A stretch of 64,000 bases of DNA, from NCBI GenBank assembly GCA_963779755.1, contig CAVZZO010000003.1, positions 1,344,001 through 1,408,000 of the forward strand, given 5' to 3'. The stretch's first letter is position 1, and each line of letters opens with the position of its first letter. Source of the DNA: an uncultured Gemmatimonadales bacterium. GTDB taxonomy: Bacteria > Gemmatimonadota > Gemmatimonadetes > Gemmatimonadales > GWC2-71-9. This document shows, one piece after another, positions 22,146-31,122 of this stretch. The notes beneath the pieces were generated by a model. It searched no databases. It was not told where the DNA came from and saw only the letters and a list, made by a program, of their open reading frames with translations. A program made the position numbers and the translations under genes.

Positions 22146-22808
22146 ATGATTTCCCTGCGCAGCCTCGAGAAGTCCGTCCCCTCCGGCGCCGGCCGGCTCT
22201 GGATCCTCCGGGAGATTACCGCCGAGATCCGGCAAGGCGAGTTCGTCAGCATCATGGGCCCCTCGGGTGCCGGGAAATCCACGCTGCTCGGCATCCTGGG
22301 CATGCTGGATCACGGGTTCGAGGGCGAATACCATCTGCTGGGCCAGCCGGTCCACCGGCTCTCCACCCGGGAGCGCAACGACCTGGGGCGCGCCACCGTC
22401 GGCTTTGTCTTTCAGCAGTATCATCTGATCGACGACCTGACGGTGTACGAAAACCTGGACGTGCCGCTCTCCTACCGCAACGTAAAGAAGTCCGAGCGCG
22501 CGGCCCTGGTGGCGGATATTCTCGACCAATTCGGTATCGTGGCCAAGAAGGACCTGTTCCCCAGCCAGCTCTCCGGTGGGCAGCAGCAGCTGGTGGGCGT
22601 GGCGCGCGCGGTGGTGGCAAACCCCAAGCTCATCCTGGCCGACGAGCCTACGGGCAACCTGCACTCCGGGCAGGCGCGCGAGATCATGGAGCTGTTCCGC
22701 GAGCTCAACCGGCAGGGGACGACGATCGTCCAGGTGACCCACTCGGAGGAGCTCGCCGGCTATGGCAGCCGGGTCATTCAACTCCTCGACGGCCGAATGG
22801 CGTCGTAG
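22146..22808 (+). CDS. ABC transporter ATP-binding protein (MacB/LolD-like)
   Basis: Walker A GPSGAGKST, signature LSGGQQQ, Walker B ILADEPTG, H-switch VTHS. Confidence 0.95.
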   Translation: MISLRSLEKSVPSGAGRLWILREITAEIRQGEFVSIMGPSGAGKSTLLGILGMLDHGFEGEYHLLGQPVHRLSTRERNDLGRATVGFVFQQYHLIDDLTVYENLDVPLSYRNVKKSERAALVADILDQFGIVAKKDLFPSQLSGGQQQLVGVARAVVANPKLILADEPTGNLHSGQAREIMELFRELNRQGTTIVQVTHSEELAGYGSRVIQLLDGRMAS

Positions 22809-22978
22809 TTGGAACCGCAGATTACGCAGATTACGCAGACTCCTTATAGTAGATACCCCTGCTGGAGCGCCTGCCTGACAGTGCCGCCGGTGCTCCCCGG
22901 CAGACTTGAGCGGCTGATTCCCGATCGGCCGGGATCGCGGTCGATCATCTGTGTAATCTGCGTAATCTGCGGTTCCAA
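22809..22978. repeat. MITE/REP-like element with 31-bp terminal inverted repeats built from (CGCAGATTA) 9-mers
   Basis: TTGGAACCGCAGATTACGCAGATTACGCAGA ... TCTGTGTAATCTGCGTAATCTGCGGTTCCAA, one mismatch. Confidence 0.85.
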
Positions 22979-23011
22979 TTTGCCGGGAACTCGACACCTG
23001 AACGGGACTGC

Positions 23012-24379
23012 GTGAACGATCGCCCGCCCATCCGCATCCTGATCGCCGACGACCAGCGCGACGTGCTGGAGGCGCTGCGCCTGCTGCTCAAGAGCGAAGG
23101 GTTCGTCCTCGAGTCGGCGACATCGCCGGCGGGGGTGCTGGCGGCCGTCGAGGGCCACGATTTCGACGTAGTCCTGATGGATCTGAATTTCCAGCGCGAT
23201 ACCACTTCGGGCCAGGAGGGACTCGACCTGCTGAGCGCCCTGCAGCGGACCGACCCCACGCTTCCGGTCGTGGTCATGACCGCCTGGGGTACGGTGGACC
23301 GGGCAGTGGAGGCCATGCGGCGCGGCGCGCGTGATTTCATCGAGAAGCCCTGGGACAATACCCGCCTGCTGGCCACTCTGCGCACCCAGGCGGCGCTGGC
23401 CGGCGCCCTGCGCCGCTCCGAACGGCTGGAGAGCGAGAATCTGGCGCTCCGGGGTGATGGCGGTCCGGAGCTCATCGCTACCTCCCGCGCGATGCAGCCG
23501 GTGCTGCGGCTCATGGAGCGGGTCGCCGCGGCCGACGCCCCGGTGCTGATCAGCGGCGAGCACGGCACCGGCAAGGATCTGGTAGCGCACCGGCTGCACG
23601 CCGGCTCGGCACGCTCGGCCGGGCCCCTGGTCACGGTGAACGTCGGTGGACTGTCGGACGGAGTGTTCGAGAGCGAGCTCTTCGGGCACGTGCGCGGCGC
23701 CTACACCGACGCCAAGGCCGACCGGGTGGGACGCTTCGAGCTGGCGCAGGGCGGCACCCTTTTCCTCGATGAGATCGCCAACATCGCCCCCAGCCAGCAG
23801 GCCAAACTACTGCGCGTGCTCCAGACGGGCGAGTTCGAGCGGGTCGGCTCCTCCAAGACCCGCCAGGTGGACGTGCGCATCCTCTCCGCCACCAACGCCG
23901 ACCTGCGCGCCGAAGTGGCCACCGGGCGGTTCCGGGAAGACCTGCTATTCCGGCTCAACACGGTGGAAATCCACCTCCCGCCGCTGCGCGACCGGCCGGA
24001 AGACATCCCGCTGCTCGCGCGGCACTTTCTGGAGCGCCACGCCCGTCGCTACGGCAAACCGGTCGAGGCGTTCGACACCGAAGCGCTGGAGGCGCTGCTG
24101 CGCCACACCTGGCCCGGCAATGTCCGCGAGCTGGACCACGTGATCGAACGGGCCGTGCTGCTGGCCACCGGTCCCCGGCTGCGGGAAGCCGAGCTGGGGC
24201 TGGTCGAGCCGGCCGGTAACGCGCCCGCGCGGCTGGAGGGGATGACGCTGGATGACGCCGAGCGCTACCTCATTCAGCGGGCACTGGCACGGACGCAGGG
24301 GAACGTGAGCGAGGCGGCCCGTGCCCTGGGGCTGAGCCGCAGCGCCCTCTACCGCAGGCTTCAGCGATTCGACCTCTGA
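23012..24379 (+). CDS. Sigma-54-dependent (NtrC-family) response regulator
   Basis: Receiver domain (ADD, LMD, K), AAA+ GEHGTGKD, GAYTDA (GAFTGA-like), WPGNVREL, Fis-type HTH. Confidence 0.95.
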   Translation: MNDRPPIRILIADDQRDVLEALRLLLKSEGFVLESATSPAGVLAAVEGHDFDVVLMDLNFQRDTTSGQEGLDLLSALQRTDPTLPVVVMTAWGTVDRAVEAMRRGARDFIEKPWDNTRLLATLRTQAALAGALRRSERLESENLALRGDGGPELIATSRAMQPVLRLMERVAAADAPVLISGEHGTGKDLVAHRLHAGSARSAGPLVTVNVGGLSDGVFESELFGHVRGAYTDAKADRVGRFELAQGGTLFLDEIANIAPSQQAKLLRVLQTGEFERVGSSKTRQVDVRILSATNADLRAEVATGRFREDLLFRLNTVEIHLPPLRDRPEDIPLLARHFLERHARRYGKPVEAFDTEALEALLRHTWPGNVRELDHVIERAVLLATGPRLREAELGLVEPAGNAPARLEGMTLDDAERYLIQRALARTQGNVSEAARALGLSRSALYRRLQRFDL

Positions 24380-25692
24380 ACTGGGACCGCCGCTTCTTCC
24401 TGCTGGCGCTGGCCACCGCCGCGCCGGCCTCGATTTGCGCCCTGCTGCTCGTCTGGCTGGGCCCGCACAGCCCCAATCTCCGCTGGACCATCACGGTGAT
24501 CGTCGGCATCGCGTGGCTGGTCGGCGCCGTGGCCATTCGCGAGCGCGCCGCACGGCCGCTGCAGACGCTGGCCAATCTGGTGGGGGCCATCGGCGAAGGG
24601 GATTTTTCCATCCGCGCCCGGGGCGCCGATCCGGACGACGACCTCGGGCTGGCCTACTATGAGGTGAACGCCCTGGCCCAGGCGCTGCGGCAGCAGCGGC
24701 TGGGATCGCTCGAGGCCGAGGCCCTGCTGCGGCGCGTCATTGTCGAGATCGACGCCGCGATCTTTGCCTTCGACGCCGAGCGCCGCCTGCGGGTGGTCAA
24801 CCGGGCAGGGGCGGCGCTGCTGGACGCACGGCCGGAGCGCCTGCTCGGTCGCACGGCGGAATCGCTCGGGCTCGACGCGTGCCTCGAAGGCCAGAGCCCG
24901 CGCATGGTCGAGATCGCCTTCCCGGGCAAGAGCGGCCGCTGGGAAATCCGGCGCAGCTCCTTCCGCCAGGAAGGCAGGCCGCACCAACTGCTGGTACTGA
25001 ACGACGTCGGGGCCGTCCTGCGGGAGCAGGAACGGCAATCGTGGCAGCAGGTGATCCGGGTTCTGAGCCACGAGGTGAACAACTCGCTCGCGCCCATCAA
25101 GTCCATCGCCGAGAGCCTCACCCAGGCGATGAATCGGGGAGCGGGCGCCGCCGCCGACCCGGGCGACCTGCAAAGCGGCCTCGGCGTCATCGCCGCCCGC
25201 TCGGAATCGCTCCGCCGTTTCATGTCATCCTACGCCCAACTCGCCCGGCTGCCCCGGCCGAACCTGGAGCGGATCGCCGTGGCCGAGCTGGCGGAACGGA
25301 CGGCGCCGCTGGAGCAGCGCCTGCCGGTCAGCGTGACCGGCGGGCCGGACGTGACCGTGGCGGCCGACCCCGATCAACTGGAGCAGGTGCTGATCAACTT
25401 GTTGCGCAACGCGGCCGATGCCGCGCTGGAAACCGGTGGCGGGGTCCGCCTGGGGTGGCGCACCGACCGGGACCAGATCGTCATCGCCGTGGAGGACGAC
25501 GGGCCGGGGCTGCCCTCCACCACCAACCTGTTCGTTCCCTTCTTTACTACCAAACCCAGCGGCACCGGAATCGGACTGATCCTGAGCCGGCAGATCGTAG
25601 AGGCGCACGGTGGGACGCTGGCGTTGCGGAACCGGCCGGAGGGGATGGGATGCCGGGCGGAACTACGCCTGCCGATGGTGGGTGGGGCGTAA
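24376..25692 (+). CDS. Sensor histidine kinase (HAMP-PAS-HisKA-HATPase); probable CTG start
   Basis: H-box SHEVNNSL, N-box NLLRNA, DDGPG, FFTTK, GTGIGL. The frame extends 40 codons above GTG 24496 and encodes a TM helix. Confidence 0.88.
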   Translation: MNWDRRFFLLALATAAPASICALLLVWLGPHSPNLRWTITVIVGIAWLVGAVAIRERAARPLQTLANLVGAIGEGDFSIRARGADPDDDLGLAYYEVNALAQALRQQRLGSLEAEALLRRVIVEIDAAIFAFDAERRLRVVNRAGAALLDARPERLLGRTAESLGLDACLEGQSPRMVEIAFPGKSGRWEIRRSSFRQEGRPHQLLVLNDVGAVLREQERQSWQQVIRVLSHEVNNSLAPIKSIAESLTQAMNRGAGAAADPGDLQSGLGVIAARSESLRRFMSSYAQLARLPRPNLERIAVAELAERTAPLEQRLPVSVTGGPDVTVAADPDQLEQVLINLLRNAADAALETGGGVRLGWRTDRDQIVIAVEDDGPGLPSTTNLFVPFFTTKPSGTGIGLILSRQIVEAHGGTLALRNRPEGMGCRAELRLPMVGGA

Positions 25693-25787
25693 GGCGTAAG
25701 ACGCAAGGCGTAAGGAACGAGTAGTTCCAGGTGCGACGACAGGGGCCGGGATTCGGGATCTGGTAAGCAGGTCCCGTTCTCACTGCT

Positions 25788-25853
25788 CACGCCTCACGCC
25801 TCACGCCTTACGCCTCACGCCTCACGCCTCACGTCTCACGCCTCACGCCTCAC
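25788..25853 (-). repeat. Heptamer tandem repeat (GTGAGGC)n
   Basis: About 9 copies of CACGCCT on the + strand; the first unit supplies the stop codon of the site-2 protease. Confidence 0.9.
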
Positions 25854-26557
25854 CCGTATCTCGTATGGGGATACACCAGATTCACCGCAAACAGGAATAT
25901 GTGGTTCCATAGCTGGCCGAACACCTGCCAGGCAACCAGGATGCCGATCCAGCTGAGGCCCGGGTTGCGGCGCAGGAAATCCTGGTAGCGCTCCGTCTGC
26001 CGTTCATTGAGGAAGAGGGGAACGGCCCCGCTCCCGTCCAGCGGCGGCAGGGGCAGGATATTGAGCGTTGCCAGAACGAGGTTGAGCGAGAAGACCACAC
26101 TGACCAGAAACGCTATCGCCGACCAGAGCCCGCCGGCGGTCGTGTCCGTCACGTGATCGAAGTTGACCGACTGGGGCGAGAAGAAGATCCCCGCGGAGGT
26201 CGCGATACGGATGGCCACCAGGGCCAGGATAACCAGCAGCAGGTTGGTGGCCGGCCCGGCCACGGCCATCCAGGCGGCGCGCTTGGGATGCCGGGCGGCC
26301 CAGTGAGGATCGTACGGGGCGCTGGCGTAGCCGAAGGGCCAGCCGGTGAGAAAGAGGGAAATGACCGGCAACACCACCATCCCGAACGGCTCACGCCGGA
26401 TGTGCGGGATGGGATTGAGCGATACCTGGCCGCCGTGATAGGCGGTGAGGTCGCCCCCCAGCTTGGCGACCCAGGCGTGCGATCCCTCGTGCAGCGTGGT
26501 GGAAAAGAGAAATACGATGTAATAGATGAGCGCGCTGGCGGGATCGAAGTTCCCCAT
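25850..26557 (-). CDS. Site-2 protease (M50 family)
   Basis: HEGSH zinc motif, AGPATN, NILPLPPLDG. Confidence 0.92.
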   Translation of the reverse strand: MGNFDPASALIYYIVFLFSTTLHEGSHAWVAKLGGDLTAYHGGQVSLNPIPHIRREPFGMVVLPVISLFLTGWPFGYASAPYDPHWAARHPKRAAWMAVAGPATNLLLVILALVAIRIATSAGIFFSPQSVNFDHVTDTTAGGLWSAIAFLVSVVFSLNLVLATLNILPLPPLDGSGAVPLFLNERQTERYQDFLRRNPGLSWIGILVAWQVFGQLWNHIFLFAVNLVYPHTRYG

Positions 26558-27306
26558 CAGCCACTCTGCCCACTCTGCCCACTCTGCCCACTCTGCCCAC
26601 TCTGCCCACTCTGCCCACTCTGCCCACTCTGCCCACTCAACTTATACATCCGCACTCGCCAGATAGGCCGCCGGAAGCCGGGGGCATGGACCGTCACCTC
26701 GTAGCGGAGATACACCTTGCTGTCGGCCAGGACATAGAGCTCGTCGATCTGGCCGCCGCCGGATGGCTTCCATTCGACGGTGAGGTGGTCGTCCTTCCAT
26801 TTTGCCTTGTACTGCACCGAAATGCTGTCGCTTACCTGCAGTGAGTCCTTCCGCCCGTCGGGGTGCAGGGCATAGCTGAAACCGTCGTCGTTGGTGAAGA
26901 CCAGCGAATCGCCCTGCTGCGCAATCGTCAACGCCACCGGCGGCTGGGCCATGCCCATGAGCTGGGCCATCTGTTCCCGTTCGCCCTTGCTGGGGCCGCG
27001 ATACCGGCCGCCTCGCGGCATCCGGGTTTCCCCCGGCATGCCCATGCGGCTGGAATCGGGGTAGCGGGTTTCCGCCGTATCGGGGCGGGCGCCGGTGCTG
27101 TCGTCCGAGCTGTCTGCCGCGGCGGTATCGGTTCGCGCCCGACCCATCTGAGGCGGCTGGAGGGTGGCACTGCTGTCCGCCATCTTCCAGCGGCCCGAGA
27201 GATCGGGGTGCTGCGCCTGAAGGCCGGCAGGCAAGCCGGCGGCGAGCGCTGCTCCCGCCAGCCAGCCCCACCAGGTTCGACTGCTCATTCGATTGATCAT
27301 CCTCAT
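26557..27306 (-). CDS. Hypothetical secreted protein with (SGQ)8 tail
   Basis: Signal peptide and PDLSGRW motif; TGATG overlap with the protease start; 9-mer repeat at 26561-26638. Confidence 0.7.
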   Translation of the reverse strand: MRMINRMSSRTWWGWLAGAALAAGLPAGLQAQHPDLSGRWKMADSSATLQPPQMGRARTDTAAADSSDDSTGARPDTAETRYPDSSRMGMPGETRMPRGGRYRGPSKGEREQMAQLMGMAQPPVALTIAQQGDSLVFTNDDGFSYALHPDGRKDSLQVSDSISVQYKAKWKDDHLTVEWKPSGGGQIDELYVLADSKVYLRYEVTVHAPGFRRPIWRVRMYKLSGQSGQSGQSGQSGQSGQSGQSGQSG

Positions 27307-27355
27307 GTGCGAAAATTAGCCGGTTCCCCGGGATTCTGACCACCGGCACGGGGCT

Positions 27356-28771
27356 TCAGACCCTCCGATCCACCCAGCGTCCCCGCCGGAACAACCCCGC
27401 CGCCGCCAGCGTCAGGGCTCCCTCCGCCAGCGGAATGGAGAGGAAGACGCCGAGCGGGCCCATCTGGCGCGACAAGAGCCAGGCCAGCGGGATCTCCAGC
27501 AGCCAGAAGCAGCTAAGATTGAGCCAGGTTGGCGTCCAGGGATCGCCCGCCCCGTTGAACGCGCTGGTGAGCACCATGCCCAGGGCGTAAAAGGCGAACC
27601 CCAGGCTCAGGATGCGCAGCGCGGTCACCGCTAACGGTGCCGCGCCAGGGTCGCTGGTAAAGACGCCCACCACCGGCCCCGCCCACACAAGGAATACCAG
27701 CCCGATCCCGCCCAGGAACGCCACGTTCACCTGCGCTGCCCGCCAGACCGCCCGGCGGGCGCGCTCCGGCTTTCCCGCCCCCAGCGCCTGCCCCACCATG
27801 GTGGCGGCGGCGTTGGCCAGTCCCCAGGAGGGCAGCAGCGCGAAGATGGCGAGCCGGATGGCCACGGTATACCCCGCCACCGCCGCCTCGCCGAAGGTGG
27901 AAAGAATCCGGACGAGCCCGATGTAGCTCGAGGTGGCCACCAGCACCTGGAAGGTGCCGGTGCCCGAGAGCCGCAGCACCCGGCGCATGATATCCGGACG
28001 GAGCCGCAGATCGGGGCGGCGGATGCAGAGCCGCCCCCCATCGCGGCTCAGGCGGTAGGCCTGATAGAGCACGGCCGTCCCCCGCCCCATCGTGGTCGCC
28101 ACGGCGGCGCCGGTGACGCCCAGCGCGGGGAAGGGCCCCAGCCCGAAGATCAGACAGGGGTCCAGCACCAGATTGATGCCGTTGCCCAGCCAGAGCGTCC
28201 GCATGGCAATGGCGGGATCGCCCGCACCGCGGAAGATGGCATTGATCAGAAACAGCAGCAGCACGCTGGCGCTGCCGCCCAGCATCATGCGCGTGTACCC
28301 GGCCCCATGCAGCGCCAGCGCGGGCGAGGCGCCCATCAGGCGGAGCAACTGGGGCGCCAGGGTGATCCCCGCCAGGGCCACCCCAGCCGCCACCAGCAGG
28401 CCCAGGGCGATCCCCTGCACCGCCGCCGTGGCGGCGGCGGCGGGATCCTTCTCGCCGATACGCCGGGCCACCATGGCGCTGACCCCGATGCCCAGGCCGA
28501 TGGCTGCGGTATAGACCAGGGTCATCATGCTCTCGGTAAGCCCCACGGTGGCGATCGCCTCCGCTCCCAGGCGCGACACCCAGAAGATGTCGGTGAGCGC
28601 GAAGACCGATTCCATGGCAGTCTCCAGCACCATGGGGACGGCGAGCAGCAGCAGCGCGCGGCCGATGGGGCCGGCGGTATAGTCGTGCGGCACCCCGCGT
28701 ATGGCATCGCCGATCAGGCGGCGCCATGGCCGCCGGTGTGGCCGCTGTTCCAGAATCTGTTCGGTTGCCAT
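27356..28771 (-). CDS. MATE family efflux transporter
   Basis: LAVPMVLE, SRLGAEAIATVG, RGAGD, NLVLDPCLIFG, MVGQALGAG. Confidence 0.93.
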   Translation of the reverse strand: MATEQILEQRPHRRPWRRLIGDAIRGVPHDYTAGPIGRALLLLAVPMVLETAMESVFALTDIFWVSRLGAEAIATVGLTESMMTLVYTAAIGLGIGVSAMVARRIGEKDPAAAATAAVQGIALGLLVAAGVALAGITLAPQLLRLMGASPALALHGAGYTRMMLGGSASVLLLFLINAIFRGAGDPAIAMRTLWLGNGINLVLDPCLIFGLGPFPALGVTGAAVATTMGRGTAVLYQAYRLSRDGGRLCIRRPDLRLRPDIMRRVLRLSGTGTFQVLVATSSYIGLVRILSTFGEAAVAGYTVAIRLAIFALLPSWGLANAAATMVGQALGAGKPERARRAVWRAAQVNVAFLGGIGLVFLVWAGPVVGVFTSDPGAAPLAVTALRILSLGFAFYALGMVLTSAFNGAGDPWTPTWLNLSCFWLLEIPLAWLLSRQMGPLGVFLSIPLAEGALTLAAAGLFRRGRWVDRRV

Positions 28772-28790
28772 ACGCCACTCCCGCTCCCGG

Positions 28791-28835
28791 AAATGAAGAA
28801 CCCCGCCTGGCTCTGACTTGGCACAGGCGGGGTTC
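28791..28835 (-). terminator. Intrinsic terminator in the MATE 5' leader (attenuator)
   Basis: 12-bp perfect stem GAACCCCGCCTG/CAGGCGGGGTTC followed by TTCATTT on the minus strand, about 20 nt before the ATG. Confidence 0.7.
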
Positions 28836-28872
28836 CGCGGAATCGAAGCGAGGGAGGATTACTCCCGGGTCC

Positions 28873-28986
28873 TCATGCGGAGCCTCGCTCGTCTGTGCCT
28901 TCGCTGATCGGCCGGACCACCGGCGCCCGCACGCCCGCGGCGGGCGTGTAGCTGGTGACATCGGCGATGACGAAGGCGTTCCGCAT
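28873..28986 (-). CDS. Putative 37-aa leader peptide (MRNAFVIADV...GTDERGSA)
   Basis: Short ORF between the promoter and the leader terminator; its last codons overlap the antiterminator arm. Confidence 0.5.
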   Translation of the reverse strand: MRNAFVIADVTSYTPAAGVRAPVVRPISEGTDERGSA

Positions 28987-29032
28987 GTTTCTGCTCGGTT
29001 TGGGCCGGGATCCGGCGATTACAGAGTTAGCC

Positions 29033-29061
29033 ACTTTAATGGCTGGGCCCCGGCCTGTCAA
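29033..29061 (-). promoter_or_regulatory. Sigma-70 promoter for leader + MATE
   Basis: TTGACA-N17-TAAAGT on the minus strand. Confidence 0.75.
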
Positions 29062-29186
29062 CTTCATCCCGTCACTCACCCCTCTCCAGTTCCCGGCCCC
29101 GTGAGGCCAGTCACAGCAGCGGGTCGGGGCTTCCCCCGATACTGCCCGCCAGGCATCAGGCCACCCCCACAGCCCGAGAGGCAGAC

Positions 29187-29957
29187 ATGTTCACCCATTC
29201 GAAAACCCTTGCCGTGCTGGCGGCCGGCGCCTTGCTCCTGGGCGGCTGTAACGGCCGGGAGCAGGCCAATTCTGACCAGAACGCCACCCCGCCTGCCGAG
29301 ATGGCAACCAGCCAGGGTTCGGCCCAGATCCGGCTGGTCAACGTCCTCCCCAGCCAATCGGTGACGCTGTTCGCCGATTCCACCCAGGTCGCGACCGCTT
29401 CGGCCAATCAGGCCGGCAGTTGGCAGACCGTGCCCGCGACGGCGGTGGACCTCAAGGTTGTGCTTCCCGGCGGCAGCCCGGATAGCGCCGCCGCCAAGTC
29501 GAGCAAGGAGCTGGACGCCAACCAGCGGTACACCGCGCTGGTGCTGCCGCCGGAGAACCCGGACGACCAGCCCAAGCTGACCATCCTGCAGGAGAACTAT
29601 CAGCCGCCGGAGGAGGGCAAAGCCCGGCTCCGCATCATCAACGTGATTACCCCGGGGCAGTCGGTGGACATCTATGCCCAGGGGAACCGGGACCCCATCG
29701 TGTCCGGCGTGGACTACGAGTCCGATACGGGACTCAACGACGTGCAGCCGGTCACCGGGAATCTCCTGGTCCGCCCGTCCGATAGCAAGACGACGCTAAC
29801 GACCATCAGGGATGTGAAGCTGGTTCCCGGGGTCACCTATACCTTCCTCCTCACCGGCACGCCGAAGAACGTGACCGTGATGAAGCTGGGGGCGGATAGC
29901 GCGGCAACCGGCGCGGATACCACGGCCCACGACAGCGATACCACCACCGGAGGGTGA
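29187..29957 (+). CDS. DUF4397-like lipoprotein
   Basis: Lipobox LLGGC; two repeats (AQIRLVN, ARLRIIN). Confidence 0.75.
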   Translation: MFTHSKTLAVLAAGALLLGGCNGREQANSDQNATPPAEMATSQGSAQIRLVNVLPSQSVTLFADSTQVATASANQAGSWQTVPATAVDLKVVLPGGSPDSAAAKSSKELDANQRYTALVLPPENPDDQPKLTILQENYQPPEEGKARLRIINVITPGQSVDIYAQGNRDPIVSGVDYESDTGLNDVQPVTGNLLVRPSDSKTTLTTIRDVKLVPGVTYTFLLTGTPKNVTVMKLGADSAATGADTTAHDSDTTTGG

Positions 29958-30049
29958 GGCGTAGGAGCCAAGACACCGGACCTGAAACGCGAAGAAACGG
30001 TGGGGAAAAAAGGGGAAGCGAAAAACGATCGCTTCCCCTTTTTTCCTGT

Positions 30050-30136
30050 TCCCTGGTCCCTGTTCTCTGGTCCCTGGTCCCTGGTACCTGGTCCCTGGTA
30101 CCTGGTCCCTGGTCCCTGGTCCCTGGTCCCTGGTCC
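30050..30136 (+). repeat. Heptamer tandem repeat (CCCTGGT)n
   Basis: About 12 degenerate copies upstream of msrA. Confidence 0.9.
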
Positions 30137-30180
30137 CCCTCCCCTTTCCCCTTTCCCGCACGCTCAGCATACCTTTCAGC

Positions 30181-30732
30181 ATGCCTTCCAGCCTTCAGAC
30201 CGCGACCCTCGCCGCCGGGTGCTTCTGGTGCATCGAAGCGGTCATAGAACGCCTGCGCGGGGTCGAGCGCGTGGTGTCGGGCTATACCGGCGGCTCGGTG
30301 CCCGACCCCACCTATGAGCAGGTCTGTACCGGGACCACCGGCCATGCCGAGGCGGTGCAGGTCACGTTCGATCCGGACGTAATCAGCTATCGCGAGCTGC
30401 TGGAGATTTTCTTCGCGTTTCACGATCCGACCACGCTCAACCGCCAGGGGCCCGACCGGGGCACCCAGTACCGTTCGGCCATCTTCGCGGCAGACCAGGA
30501 TCAGGAGCAGGCGGCACGGGAAGTCATCGCCGATCTCACCCTGCGCGGAGTGTTTCCCGATCCCATCGTCACCCAGGTGGAGCGGCTGGGCACGTTCTAT
30601 CCAGCCGAGGCGTACCATCAGGAGTACTATCGGCGAAATCCCAACCAGATGTACTGCCAGGCCATGATCTCCCCCAAAGTGAGCAAGCTGCGGCAGCACT
30701 ATGCCGAGCGGCTCAACTCGCTTTCCGGCTGA
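30181..30732 (+). CDS. msrA: Peptide methionine sulfoxide reductase A
   Basis: GCFWC, TGHAEAV, HDPT, QGPDRGTQYRS, AEAYHQEY. Confidence 0.96.
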   Translation: MPSSLQTATLAAGCFWCIEAVIERLRGVERVVSGYTGGSVPDPTYEQVCTGTTGHAEAVQVTFDPDVISYRELLEIFFAFHDPTTLNRQGPDRGTQYRSAIFAADQDQEQAAREVIADLTLRGVFPDPIVTQVERLGTFYPAEAYHQEYYRRNPNQMYCQAMISPKVSKLRQHYAERLNSLSG

Positions 30733-30767
30733 CCGCCGAGGGGCCGTCCCAGACGGCGCGCCTCCGC

Positions 30768-31004
30768 GATCCGCAGATTACGCAGATTGACTCCGATGCC
30801 TGCGGCGCTTCGTGGAGCGTCGCTGCGCCATCAGAGTGATCCACAGATTACAGAGATTGACGCCGGTGCCTGCGGCATTCCGTGGAGCGTCGCCGAGCCA
30901 CCACAAAGAACGACTGTTCCTTCTTGCTTCGTGGGTGCCGGGGCCGCTGTCGGAGCGCGGCCCGGTCATAGAATCCCTCCGTGTAATCTGTGTAATCTGT
31001 GGAT
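30768..31004. repeat. CAGATTA-type inverted-repeat element with an internal ~50-bp duplication
   Basis: GATCCGCAGATTACGCAGATT and GATCCACAGATTACAGAGATT left arms; GTGTAATCTGTGTAATCTGTGGATC right arm. Confidence 0.75.
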
Positions 31005-31122
31005 CAATCCATGGAAACTCGGGGCTTGACCGGAACCTCGCCGCCGCTCCCGATCCGCCCTCACGGATCCTTCAGGGTCTCTTCATTCTCCGGCTCCAAG
31101 GTTGGCGGGAAGGAGAACGACC

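Noticed and set aside
22809..25692. Sigma-54 (-24/-12) promoter for the NtrC regulator
   Set aside because: No convincing TGGCAC-N5-TTGC spotted by eye in intergenic regions; the target probably lies outside the window.
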